DNA of 64,000 nt. It comes from Takakia lepidozioides (Eukaryota > Plantae > Bryophyta). The stretch is taken from positions 69,936,001 through 70,000,000 of the forward strand of contig CM060731.1 in NCBI GenBank assembly GCA_030704615.1, in the 5' to 3' direction. Shown in pieces: positions 23,318 through 38,400 of this stretch; the stretch's first letter is position 1; each line of letters opens with the position of its first letter. The notes below the pieces were generated by a model. That model had not been told where the DNA came from, did no database searches, and saw only the letters and a list, made by a program, of their open reading frames with translations. Both the position numbers and the translations under genes were made by a program.

Positions 23318-24132
23318 TTTTGAAGGGTACCTTAGACTTGCATTTGCAAGTTTCCTAAAAAAAATTGCCCTTCATGTTGAAGGGCTGTAATTTTGACAGC
23401 CCTTCATTGTTTTTGGCGGCCATTCTGCGAGCATGCATGTAACATAAGAATAATTTTTTTGTGCAATACACATGAAATGAAAGTCTTTCTACATTCCACA
23501 AGTTCACATATGATAAACATTACGAGAGAAATTCAATTTGAATCTATTTCCAATGGAACAGCTCTATAGTTCTTCATGCCACTCCAAATCTTATAAATGG
23601 CAGTCCAATCCATGGCCTAGATACGCAACAATATGCCTAGGACAGGGCAAGTCACACGGACTAATGACTTAGAGAGAACGCCATAGCCATACAGTAGACA
23701 CATCTGCTAGCAGTACACGGTGCAGTGCATGTAGGGCCCTGGCAATGCAATTTGGCACATTGGCAAAACTGCAAATAGCCATTGGAATTTGAAACCTCCA
23801 ATGGATGTTGCAACTTGGGAAATGGATGGGTTTAAGCACTTGTACCTTCATTTTTTAAGCACTTGTACCTTGAGGTTGAACCATTGACACTTCAGGCTTG
23901 AACCCTTCATTATTAAGCACTTGTACCCTTGAGCCCTTCATTATTAAACTTAGACTTTCATTTGCAAGTTTTTTTTTTCTTAGCTTCATGATGAAAGGTT
24001 CAGATTTTATCTGACCTTTCTTTTGAAGGGCCCTGATTTTTCTGCCCTTCATATGGAGCATTTTTGCAAGTTTTTTTTTTTTTTTGAGAGAAGAGGGCTT
24101 GACTCAGAACTTTATTTGAATTATTTGAAGGG
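23318..24132. repeat. Clusters of CCCTTCA/TGAAGGG motifs at both ends of an ~0.8-kb segment (probable DNA-transposon subterminal repeats)
   Basis: Motif in both orientations at 23318-23407 and 23843-24132; TTAAGCACTTGTACC x3 at 23832-23928. No TIR or TSD found. Confidence 0.45.
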
Positions 24133-24620
24133 AAAAAAATTAAAACCCTTTGATGCCCCAAGGCTGCCATAAGGCTTAACACACGACAGGGCATGACGGA
24201 TATCCCGATGAACAATGATTGTACTGCAGAACCTTCGAGCAGGAAACGGATTACAAACCCATGACCGAAACCAGTTTCGAGAAAACAGAAATAACGTGGG
24301 ACAAGCCCAATGCATGTAGCCTTGAAGAGGCTCTGATGTTACGTTGTGCATAATAGAAGCATGGGGCCAACCACTCCTTGAAGAAGATTTTCCTTGCATA
24401 GAACCATTGTAGAGAGCAGAGAAAATCTAAGTGCAGAAGTGGAGAGGAGGGGAGCTCTATCTGTAGAGCAGCGTGGTCCTTGTGCCAGTCTTCACATGCT
24501 TCCAGTTGCTGGGGCAGCGGAAGAGGAGGGCTCTGTGGTGTTGCAAGTTGCAGTCTTGAAAAATAGACAAGAAAGAAAGCAGTGTTTGATGTTTTTCTTT
24601 TTCTTTTTTTTCTCTTTTTC

Positions 24621-24662
24621 TAAAGGGAAACACCTGGGAGCGACAGCTCACAAATCAGCCTC
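24621..24662 (-). mobile_element. Isolated 3' tail of the SINE-like family seen at 56.2-59.2 kb
   Basis: Reverse complement GGCTGATTTGTGAGCTGTCGCTCCCAGGTGTTTCCCTTTA followed by an A-rich run. Confidence 0.55.
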
Positions 24663-24973
24663 TCACCTAAACGTATAACTCAGTATTTGATGAAAAGGGC
24701 CTCTGTCCCTTTCCATGAAAAAAGAAAAAGAAAAAGAAAAGTGAGAAATGGCAAATTAGAACTTCTTAGGAGGGTTGATTTGACCAAAGCAGGCCTAGAT
24801 TCCTGTGCTAAATGTGTTCAGGAGATATATGGTGGATGGATGTGCATGTAGTCCGGATTGATGAATGTGGTGTGGGATACATGCAGAGGCTGTAGGACCC
24901 ACAAGAAATACAAAATAATTCAAATCACGAGCAGAAGCTGCAGGCCGTGTCTCTTGTGACTCGCTTCTTCTCC

Positions 24974-24980
24974 TATAAAT
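24974..24980 (+). promoter_or_regulatory. TATA box, probable pri-MIR533 promoter
   Basis: CCTATAAAT ~100 nt upstream of the hairpin. Confidence 0.5.
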
Positions 24981-25067
24981 GACGCATATGTGCGTAGATA
25001 TCTCTGCGATTTGCAGCAGTTTTGGGATGGTTGAAGTGCTGAGCGGTGTGGTGCGTGTGGGAATCCT

Positions 25068-25185
25068 GGAGAAAAGGAGAGTGAGAGCTGTTCAGCCTGT
25101 GAGAGAGAGGCTGGGAGAGTTGGCATGAGGCAAGTCCTTCATCCCTCTCACAGTCTGCACAGCTCTCTCTCTTTCTCTCTCTCAA
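25068..25185 (+). ncRNA. MIR533: microRNA precursor, miR533 family
   Basis: 5p GAGCTGTTCAGCCTGTGAGAG (25085-25105) and 3p CTCACAGTCTGCACAGCTCTC (25147-25167) form a 21/21 duplex with 2 mismatches and 2-nt 3' overhangs. The 3p matches my recollection of Physcomitrium miR533-3p. Confidence 0.85.
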
Positions 25186-27279
25186 TACATGCTTATAGTA
25201 TGTACCCAAGCTAGATGACTCGGTTCTGTTTCCTACGATTTTACTGAAGAGAGGTGGATCATCCAGATACTATAATTCTGAGCACTCGGTGCCGACTTGG
25301 CGATTCATGATTGCAGTGCTACATGCATGCTGTTTCGGCAACGGGATCTAGCATATGTTAAGGCCCCTGCAGAGAGCCAGCCCATGAGCTGAAACACATC
25401 CACATGAGTGGTGAGATGTACATGGCTTCAGCTGGCTCTAGTTCTCAGTTCTCTGTTTGTCTCGCACTCACACAAACATCTGTGTCGGAGCCCTGAGATT
25501 CAGTTATAGTGGGTTGTGTACAGATCGTTTCTAGATCCTTGAGATAAGGAGACATATAGAGCTACATGGACTGGGAGAGGGAGTTAGAAAATTGGGCATG
25601 TTGGGGACCTGACTATATGACTCTCTTATTTCTCCTCTCTCTCGGGGCGTTGGACCCCAGATGATGTGTACGTACGATATATATTTTCTTTTGTCTTTTG
25701 AGGAGCTTCACAGGCAGGAAGGGTCTCCGATGCGCCATGTAACAGAACGAACGTCATTTCGATACGCGAAGCAGGCTTGCTATTCCAGCGAATTTCCTCA
25801 GAGACTCTAAAGAACTCCCGAGTTCTCTGAGTCTAATTTCACTTGCGAATGATTTGAATCCAGGGTACTGTACTGACTCATCCTTCCTACAGTATAACAT
25901 CTTCCCTTTATTCTGGCAGTAGCTATGGTGGTAGAATGAGAATATCTTTGCATTTCAGTATGGCAGCACGCATCCTTGAATTGCTAGTTCTCTTTGCATT
26001 GGTTCGTGCAACAAGTTTTCTGTGTGGCTATGTTATTCAGCGACCTGTAGATGAATTGGTAAGAATATTCTCTGAAGGCATGTGACTGCCCGGGATGTAC
26101 TTATTATAGTTTTTATCCTTCGAAAGTAAGTATATGGAGCATTGAGCATCCGAGTTAACCAAAGAACATAAGATGGTGTTGCACGCGTACCTACAGATAG
26201 GAACAGGCTTATGCTTAGAAATCATGTCAGTGAATAGCCATATTCGCGACATCGGTACATGAGGCTGAAGTGGCCTCCATCATTCTCACCCCATCATGTG
26301 GGTTAGATGCATATACTTACATGGATCTGGTACTGCCAAAATCTCTCCCTGCAATGTTTGAAACATGAGCCACCTCTTCTCAAAGCAATTTCTCTCAAGC
26401 CTTTTAGAACTCTTTGTATATTTTGTCCATTCATTCATTCTCTTTGTCTGCGGTGTTAGTATGCAACCCAAACTGCTGCATCTCTCATCCACAAGAAGTA
26501 TCTGAGGTGCGTGGATTACCAATCTTGTATATGCATTCGCTTTAAGACCAAGGTGGATAGACTTCACAAGAGCTGCTCTTGCCCAATCACTTCTGCTAAA
26601 TATGTATATGCAGGATCTGAAGTTTGAGCATCAAGGTTCGCCAACTGTAACGACTCTGTACAAATGTTGGTTGTTTCAGGCTCGCTCCCAACAGAGCTCC
26701 CACCGCTTTAGTAACAGGCAGCCTCTGCGGGGTGGGGAGACATTCTGTTCCAGTAATGCACAAGTGGATGTTCATTTGTGATTCTTTCTTGGCAAGCTCA
26801 GGAAAGTACAAACCTTAAGCTCTCAACATGAGTAAGTTGAGACTTTACTTGGGGACACTTGGTGGATGGCTTTAATCCATCCTGATTCCATGGATTCTGC
26901 GAACGTTCGATCAGTTCATGGCAACATCTTAGTTTTTTTGTATATTTCCTTGTATTTCAACCGATGGTTTATAAGATATGCTATGAAAAAGTTTTCATAA
27001 CATAGTCATGGTCTCAATACGGTATACCTCGTGTAAGTGTCGCTTGAGCCCAACAAACTGCATTGAAACTCTCCAACCCTCCTAACCAATATACCTACAA
27101 AATTGCATATTGCCACCCATCTCCATCCTCAGGTGAAGAAAATGACTATGCAAAACTCCACCACTGCAAACCTCGTGCCACCTTTGTCAATTTCCGCTTT
27201 CAATCCCCTTCCCTTCCCTTCTCACAGCTTAATTTCCTTGGACTCTAGGTATTTGGTTGTGATTCGAGATCCTTGTGTC

Positions 27280-29674
27280 CTACACCTCCGAAACTGGACA
27301 TTCATGTGTCTCGCTCCAGATCTCCTTCACATTACATGACCTCTCAAGCTCTCTTGGTGATGCCGACCTGGGTGCGGGTGCTTGCTCTATTACATGATTC
27401 TCATTTTCATCAGTGGAAATCGCACCTGGTGAACTTCTCCAGCTCAATGATCTGTCCTCCTGAACCTGCTGCAATGGCTGTGGCAATCCTGCTAGTAGTC
27501 CCTCAGCTTCCAACTCCTTATGAACAAATTGCCAAACCTCGCTGTCCAGGGACCCCCGCTTATATTGATGGGTAATTTGTTGCACTTTGCTGTCTTCCTG
27601 ACAAGCAGGTGTTTCGGCCCTGTCATTGGCATCCAAGCTAAGTCCCTTGATAGTCATCGGTCCAATGTTCACTGCAACCACATCTCAAAACTTTTGGTTG
27701 AAAGCGAAAGGGAATGAGCAGTGTTCTGACCAAAGGTGATCTTGGTTCCACAGATTCCTATGCCCTGGCAACAACATCATGCCAACATATGGTTGCTTAC
27801 AATGATGAGAGTGTTAAACCCAAACCATTTATAACTGCTAAATTGGAGAGGGGTGTCTCACCAATGGCATCACAGCCCACCAACGATGGCAAGAAACGCT
27901 TGATGTGTTCCTCTGCCTCACAATCTGCTTTGAGTGTTTCGCACTCGAAAAAAACAACTGGTTGCTGCTCCTTGGCTCCACTGCACTTGCCTGCCTCTCG
28001 CACCACCTCCTCCTCCCACCTGCTCTCAACCACCTTACTCAGCAACTGTAGCAAGCTTTTGATACAAAGTACAGACAGGGTCCACACAGCACAGTTTGTG
28101 TCTTTCTGTGTCATGCGGTAGGAATTGAAGGAGGTGGTATGCAGGGAACAACATAGATTAGACCATTCGAGGTGAAAATTGAATGACAACCAGTCTATCT
28201 GACAAAACTAGAATAGCATTTACTATTTGACGTAGGCAAGGCAGTGAAGGATGTACCCATGGACATCACAGGCATTTGAAAGACGGGCTGCATCCTGTCC
28301 TCTGCGCTCCACCACAACCGTTGTTTCCTTTTTTGTCTGCTTTTGTACATCACACACATTTCCAGCATAGCCACTACTAAGAAAGAAACGGGGAAAATGT
28401 GTTCTCATTGACGGTGTAGCTAAGCTCCCAACTTCCATCCCCCAGAAGGATTTAGGGTTAGCAGGCACTAGGGTACCTGAGGTCTCCTTCACATTCCAAT
28501 GCTTCCATTGAGCTCCCACAAACTATATAAAATGTGGAAGGACACCGAGCATGCAATGCAAAACCCTAAACCCTATGGCAATTTCACAATGTGGTGGCAT
28601 GCCAAGGAGGCCAAAGAAAAGATCCAACTTACAGTGAAGTCCAGGATGGTCAGATTAAGAAGCCGGTAATCTTCACCTCTGCTGCATTCCCTCTCACATG
28701 CTATCTCTGCATTAAAGTTGCAGAGTTACTGCTTGAGGAAGGACATCGATCAAAATATAGCCACCTCCTGACTTCTAACCAAAGCTACATATCTCTAATC
28801 GATTTGTTGATTGCAAGAAAAAACAATGCACCGTCTCCAATATTACAAGTACAGTATTATAAGGACAGATTTTAACAGATGACCCACCGGTTAGGACACT
28901 TGGGCATCAGTTGATCGGATAGGACATCAGAAAGCTTTTAACGTCAATCTGCCTCATGGCAATAGATGTTGAATGGGCAAAGAAGCCCGCTCAAATCATG
29001 AAGGACCACAAAAAAGAGCCCATTTCTTGTCAGGGAGTGGTCTCCTGCGTTACAAGACGTTGATGATCTGTGGCGGTATCTTTCAAACAAGACAATTTAA
29101 GTGAATCTTAATGGATACATGCTGGGAAATTGCATGCTTCGAAAGAATTCCATGACAACTGATTCAAGGTTCGTCTGTTTCAGCGAACAATGAGTAGTGA
29201 ACACTCAATCTACAACGAATCCGCTAAACCCTTGCCAATGGGCGAGTCTGCACAAATGTTACCTTCTTACCACATTGGTTCCATAGCCAGCATTGATTCA
29301 ATTTTCAGTACCTTGTTGAGGACCCATCCTCAAAATAAGCTGGTCGATTCCAGAAGGGGATTCTAATTGTACTGCCCGGGTGCGCTAGCAGGTTTTCCTT
29401 ACTTCCTGGATTCCCAAGAACAACCTTGAATTGAGGAGGCGAAAGATAGATGTGTGGGGATATGGACCGGATGCGGATTTCATTTTGTCAAGTATTGAAC
29501 TGACGCTTAAGACTTACATGACAAGCAGAAGAACTTACCAGTGCCAAACAGGCCGAGGCATTTGGATGAAGGAGGGTGAAGGAAATGGCCAGAGAGAGAT
29601 CCCGACGGTAACAATGCCAACAATGCAATGCCCTCCATGTCCATTAGGACGCCCGCTCGCTTGTTACCTTCCAT
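27280..29674 (-). CDS. Conserved uncharacterised land-plant protein (~279 aa); exons 29674-29539, 28706-28633, 28336-28257, 28019-27862, 27671-27280
   Basis: All introns are GT-AG with consistent phase. The spliced product contains ALLPSGSLSGHF, EIACERECSRGEDYRL, VVVERRGQDAARL, HGWEEEVV, FECETLKAD and DAIVNIGPMTI, which I recognise from an unnamed plant family. Confidence 0.8.
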
Positions 29675-30007
29675 GCCTACCGCCCTCTTTAGCCCTTCGT
29701 GAATCCCACATCAATTTGTACCACTTCCAGGGACCCGAGGAACAAAGGCAGCAAAGATGTTGCGATATCTGGCTCTGACATCGTCGTTATGATGCCGTCC
29801 CTATGGAGGCAAACTACAATCCCGCGCCGCCGTAGAGAATTTCCTTCCTGCAGGTTATTTCGTGGTTGATTCCGCGCAGTTTTGCCTCTTTTCCTCTCTT
29901 GCTTGAAGGAAGAGTCTATATTGGATTTTATGCATAAGGTTACACTGAATCATTTTTCTTAGTCTCTTGGCTGTATGTCACTTTGGCAATGTTCAATATG
30001 GCAGGAT

Positions 30008-30655
30008 TAACTCTCCGGAGGGTAAAAGAAGAGGGGGGTCACTTGAAATCTTTGAAGAAGAATTAAGCACAACCCTGAGGATGGATAACTATGAAACTTC
30101 AATGCATGGGAACAACCTTCCCTAAGGTAAATACTGTTATACAGAGTTTTTTGCACAGCAAACACCTCCCCCAGGGATAACAAATGAAACTTGAAGAGTG
30201 CGAGAACAACCTTTGCACAAGGTAACTATTGTTGTATGGGTTTCTTGGCAATCTGGAATGTGACAGGAACACCGGAGGGTATAGGGTCATGTTGGGTAAA
30301 ATCCTAGATAGAGCCCTTGAAGAACAACTCAGAAGCAAAACAGTCCGGAGGGATAACAATGAAACTTGCATGGATGAGAACAACCTTTCGTAAGATAACT
30401 ATTGTCGCATGGATTTTTTGCAATCTGGAATGTGACATGGACAATGAACAACCTTCCGGCGGGTAACCCAAAAACTTAAAAATGAGACGAACAACCTTAC
30501 AGAAGGTAAAATATGAATGGTTTTGAGGCGGAAAAAAACGACAGAAACAACCTTCCGGATGGTAGGATTATATTTTGTCCAATGTTTGCAATGCTATGAA
30601 GAATCTCCACAGAGGCAATAGATGTGGATTTGTGGAACAACCTTCCATAAGGAAA
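30008..30655. repeat. Array of ~10-12 degenerate palindromic motifs, consensus ACAACCTTCCGGAAGGTAA (probable DNA-transposon relic)
   Basis: Examples ACAACCTTCCCTAAGGTAA, ACAACCTTCCGGCGGGTAA, ACAACCTTACAGAAGGTAA, ACAACCTTCCGGATGGTAG. Includes a longer duplicated block (30175-30265 vs 30351-30436). Confidence 0.65.
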
Positions 30656-31537
30656 TATGATTGATAAGAGGCTTTGAGGTTTTGCCATTTTGGAGATTTG
30701 CAATTTTGGCTTGTGAAGCGGGCCGGCCCACGCGTGTGGGGCCTCCTGAGTGTGGAGGCACAGTCATTACGACTTGGCTACCAAAAATTCGCGGGGGCAG
30801 TGGTGCTGGTACACTTGCAGGTTTCTTTTAGCTCTTATACAGAATGACAGATCTGATGCAAGAAGCAGAGCAAAAGTTTCCCAGGTTTTGATTCCTGTTT
30901 ATGTCGATGTCTCAGGTTTTGGTGGAGTTTTCTGCGACATTGAAGCATGCTGCAGAAGCTGTGAGAATATTAGTTAATATTCTCACAGGATCCACAGAAT
31001 GGGAAGAGGCAAGTGTTCAGTACTCTTTAGGACGTTATGGTAGTTTGAACTTTGGATCCTATCCCTCTCATTTCAACCTCAAGAAAATTTCTCACCTTGC
31101 TAGTTTGTGAAAGAATTGGCGAAGAGGCTGAGTAGCTGCATCTCTTGGTTGAAAGATTTTCCCGGCAAGTTTCATGTCATGTGGGTATGCATATCTTCAA
31201 ATTACAAGTTCAATTCCCTTATCTGCCGTGAGAAAATGTTGCTGCTTATAAGAGAAAACTGAAAGCCTCTCTTGGAGAATCCAGATAAGAAAAAACAAAA
31301 ACACAAAACCGGAGAGAGCACAGAGAGAGAAGGCCTGCTATGCCCTTTCACTCAATGTGTCAGGATTCCGAAAATCGTATGAGCAGATTGGACTGCCACA
31401 TTTCATTTGTCCACTTACAAGTTCAGCTTGCACAGTCATCTCATCTGGGTCTTCATAAAGCTGTTCAGGAGGGTATCATTTTCTTTTTCTATCGTACAAA
31501 GCCCACGTCTCAAGTATCCACAGGCCCAGTGAGCACA

Positions 31538-34370
<2,833 letters not shown>

Positions 34371-35413
34371 TCAAACTCTGGTGGCGAAGTGGATCGGTTC
34401 AAAATCACCTTCCTTTGTCAGATGCTCGAGGCGATGTCGAGAAGAATTCACAAATCTGTAGCTATCAAGGTCTGGAGTGGGAGTCCTCTTCTGAGTTTTC
34501 GACTGCACTTGAGTGAGGAGGTGTGTGTTGGCTCTGTGAGGTCATGAGGAAGGTCAACCTGCTATATCATCACAGAAGTCTGACATGCATAGCGCCTCAA
34601 TGCACGACACTTTCTGCAACAGGTTCTAAGCACATGCAGTGGACAGTATTTCCTTGGGCATCAAGGTTTTGTTCAGAGTGAGTTCTCCGAAGAAGGGCGC
34701 CACCGCGGTGAGAAAATTTCCTTCATGCACGTTATTCCCTGATTAATTCTGCGCAGTCTTGCTTTGAAGGCTCTGTAAATTCACTGGACGTTAAAGTAAC
34801 TTCATCTTTATCTTTATCTGTATCTTTGAAGGAAGAGTTACATCTGGTGTCCACCACTTTGAGAAATGGTCAAGTAATCTAGACCAAGGCCCCCCTCTGC
34901 CCCTCTTGAGACTCATGGGGCACTTCTTTCACTGGTCTGAGCAGGTTCTTCTCCACTTTCAGCTGCTTGTCCTGACCTCCCATGAGGGTTTGATGATGGC
35001 ACTTGCAGCAGGGTTCTGTTCCTGGGAAGTCTGATTTCGCTAATATCTTGTTCCTTCATCCTTTGTTGATAGAACTCAGATACAATTGGAAATGTTATCT
35101 CAAAAGTGGATGATCTTTGGATCAATCCAAAATTTCTTTCTTGAATTTAGTTTCAGTTTCAAGTTAGATCAGCCTCCTGCGATCTAATGAGTAGGTGCCC
35201 ATTGCTGAATCGATCACAAGTCTAGTTTACTAGTACAAGTCCTGTTTCGTTGTGCATCGTTAGAAACAAGACTACATTGTTCCGCTCTAGTACTTTACAA
35301 CGCCCCCGTCCCTCTGCTGACACTCCTAAACAGATTGCAATGAAGGGTGCTATAATTTTAGAGGAGGGGGCAATAACAACTAACTCTTTCAAAACGAGGG
35401 GAAGATGGAAAAG

Positions 35414-38400
35414 CTACTTAACACCAAGGAGCTTTTTGCGAACTCCCATTGCATCGATGTTTCTGTTGATCCTGCATCGCATGGAACGTAACCAGATTAG
35501 AAAATGATTGAGACATGCAGAAACTTACAAATGCTAACAAGTCATGTATTAGAGAGTGGGCAGTTGCACATGAATTAAAAACCCGGGTAGCATTGAGAAC
35601 ACAACATCCTTCAAACCATACACCTCCCATGGTCTGAAGGACCCATGCTTTATCCTTGGAGATCTCCACCCTTTCTACCAACTAGCAAAATTCATTCGAA
35701 CACCAAAGGTTGGGGGCTTGCAGAGTTTAGCTGCATTCATTCTTAGGGAGCTGTGTTCGACACCTAATGCAGACCTGAACCACACAGCAACACACTGGCT
35801 AATATGGTCCACCATAAATCTAACCCTTGTTCTACAGCAAAGCATGACTGCATTCTCCTTGCAAAGGACGCCTAGTTTATGAGTTCAGCATTAGAATAAA
35901 TAAGTAGGCAAGGCAATATTGACCTGGGGTCAAAACAAGGAAACAGACCTGTAGAGACGATCTCCACTGAGGGAAGGCTTGACACTGATCCAATTAGGGG
36001 CTAATTCGGTTAAGAGTTTCAATCGCTCCTCCACTTCTCCTGTATTTGAGGCAAATGGAGATTAATATATTACAATAATGTCCTGCCACCCAAAGACAGA
36101 TAGATGTGTTTCCTGCAGCCAACTCCTGCCTGCCATTGCCTTGTAAAACTCTTCCCTGACCCCCCTGTTTTTCCATCTCTCCGCTTGGGTTTTAGTGTCT
36201 CGAAAGAATCTCACTGTTATGCCTGGAGGATATCAGAGTGTCATACCAAAATGAACTACAAATGATGTGTATCTGTCACTCATTTCGCCCTACACTCTGT
36301 TCAGGAACAGCATTCACAGGGATGTACCTCGGTCAGTCATGTCAGCACTCCCAGTCAGAATCTTTGATAGGAGTTCCTTGTAGGATAGAACAGAGCGGTT
36401 GCAGGACTGAAATATAAGGCGAAGCTGGTTGAACAGTTGAGGTAGGCCTGCAAGCAATTGCTGCCGCTTTCTCAGCTTCACTGTTTCCTTGCTACTCTCC
36501 ATAAGAGCCCTCTTTTCTTCGTCAATCACCTGGAACCGACAATCAGTACATATAAATCTCCCTCTTTTGTCTCCAGCCCAACCCCAAGCTTAACTCTACA
36601 CTACTTGTGGAATAGAAAACCAGGTCAGGAAGTTTACTTACAGATTGCACAAGCTCGGGTGGAAGACATTGTATTATGTCCCTATCAGCCTCTGAGACTG
36701 ACTGAAGATCCACTGTTCCAGGTATTTCAGCAATGGCTGTGTGGGCAAAGTGCTTGCTCTTATGAAGTGAAGCCCTCCCAACTGCAGCCTCTTGGTTGGA
36801 TGTCGTCGTCTCTTCATCAGGGCACTCCAACTCAGCTGATTCCGTTAGCGAATCACCAGACAAGCAGGCTTCATCCTCAGTCTCTTTGGCAAATAGAGGT
36901 CCCAGATTAAGCTTTGTCCGCTTGGCTGGGTGCCCATCCTTGGGTCGAGAGGGCCGTGGTGGGGAAGCTGGTGTTTGTAGACAGGGTGTTGATGCAAAGC
37001 TGAAGCTAGGTGATTGGGAGGGAGTGGTGAAATGGGTAGGCATTGTCAAGACACTGCTCTTGGGGGTTTTCCCATTGGACCCTGCACCAGGTGTTCTAGT
37101 ACCTGCTACTTCAGAAAGAGGGGATTTCATAGGTGTTTTGAATTGGAGGGATCTAATTGTAGTTGGTTGCTTGACAGGGGTGGCAAGGGGCAACTTAGCA
37201 GACACAGAAGTCTGACCAAGGCTGTGACAGTAGAGAGGATTGGAAGGATCGAGAGAAGGAGGAGTATTCATTGGGATACACGCCACAGGTGAGCCATTGA
37301 TAGTCATACCAGATGTCTGTGCTGGGGTATTAACACATGGGGACTTGACAAACATTTCAGGATGGGACGAACGGGCTGGTGTGTGTGGAAGGGGGGTGGT
37401 ATTAAGAGTTGCACTTGTAGAAGCAATGGTAGCAGACAGCCGTGCTGGGCTACTGGCACATGGGGACGTGCTATAGTTCTCAGGGTGCGATGACCTGACT
37501 GGTGTGCTAGGAAGGGGGGAGATTTGGTGAGTGGCACCTGTAGAAGCAACTGTAGCAGAAAAGAAAGACCGAAAAGATGAGGGGAAATGTGGGGTTCCCT
37601 CTGGAATCTTAGTTGTAGCATGGACATCCCTGTGGATAAATCTATTGATAGGAAGGGGAATAACTGTACCCAGTAAATCAGATCCTGAGGATTCAGCAAG
37701 CTTGCCTGCCAGAGGTGGCTCCAAAAAGTTCTCATCAGGGTTTTCTGGCAAAGGGAACTCCACTAGGTTGACAGAATGACGGGGTTTGACACTGAAATAA
37801 GGGCGGAAAGGAGGAGGGAGATGCGGGGTGCCAACTGGGATCTCACATTTGGCAGAATCCTCAAGATCGGGAGAAGTGACAATTGCTAATGGAAGAGATG
37901 TAATCGCAGCAGGCATCTGGCATTCTGAGGGGCTCGCATGCTTATTGGCCTGAGAGGAGCTTCCAGGGGATTTGTCAACTGAATTTGTAGCAAAATTAGC
38001 TGTCAACGGAGATATTGCAGGGGTCTTGGTGTCAATGACCTTTGATGTTGGGCAGCTACTCGATGGTCGTTGAGGCATTAGTGCCTCAGGGATATCATCG
38101 AGCTGTAGATCACAGAAATATCATCAACTGCACCTCATCAGAAATGTGTCTATCGTTAGAGAACAAATCTTTGGTGAGAGATGACAACCTATCTCTCCAT
38201 GATCCTTGGCTTTAACCATCCCACCATTGGTTATCCTGATGGACTTTCGGGCTAGTTTCGTCACACTCCTCAGCAATGACTCACAGATTTCTGGCGTCAA
38301 CTTGGTGCTCCAGAATAACGCAACACAATTGTTTGGTCCCAAAGAAACGATGCAACAAATCATCATCAGAGACGGTGCTCGACAGCTTTGGGTGACTAAG

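Noticed and set aside
26286-26811. Extra coding exons downstream of the uncharacterised gene
   Set aside because: Frames are broken by stops and show no recognisable homology; likely UTR or decayed sequence.
30008-30655. CRISPR array
   Set aside because: Repeats are degenerate, spacing is irregular, spacers are partly duplicated, the context is eukaryotic and there are no cas genes.
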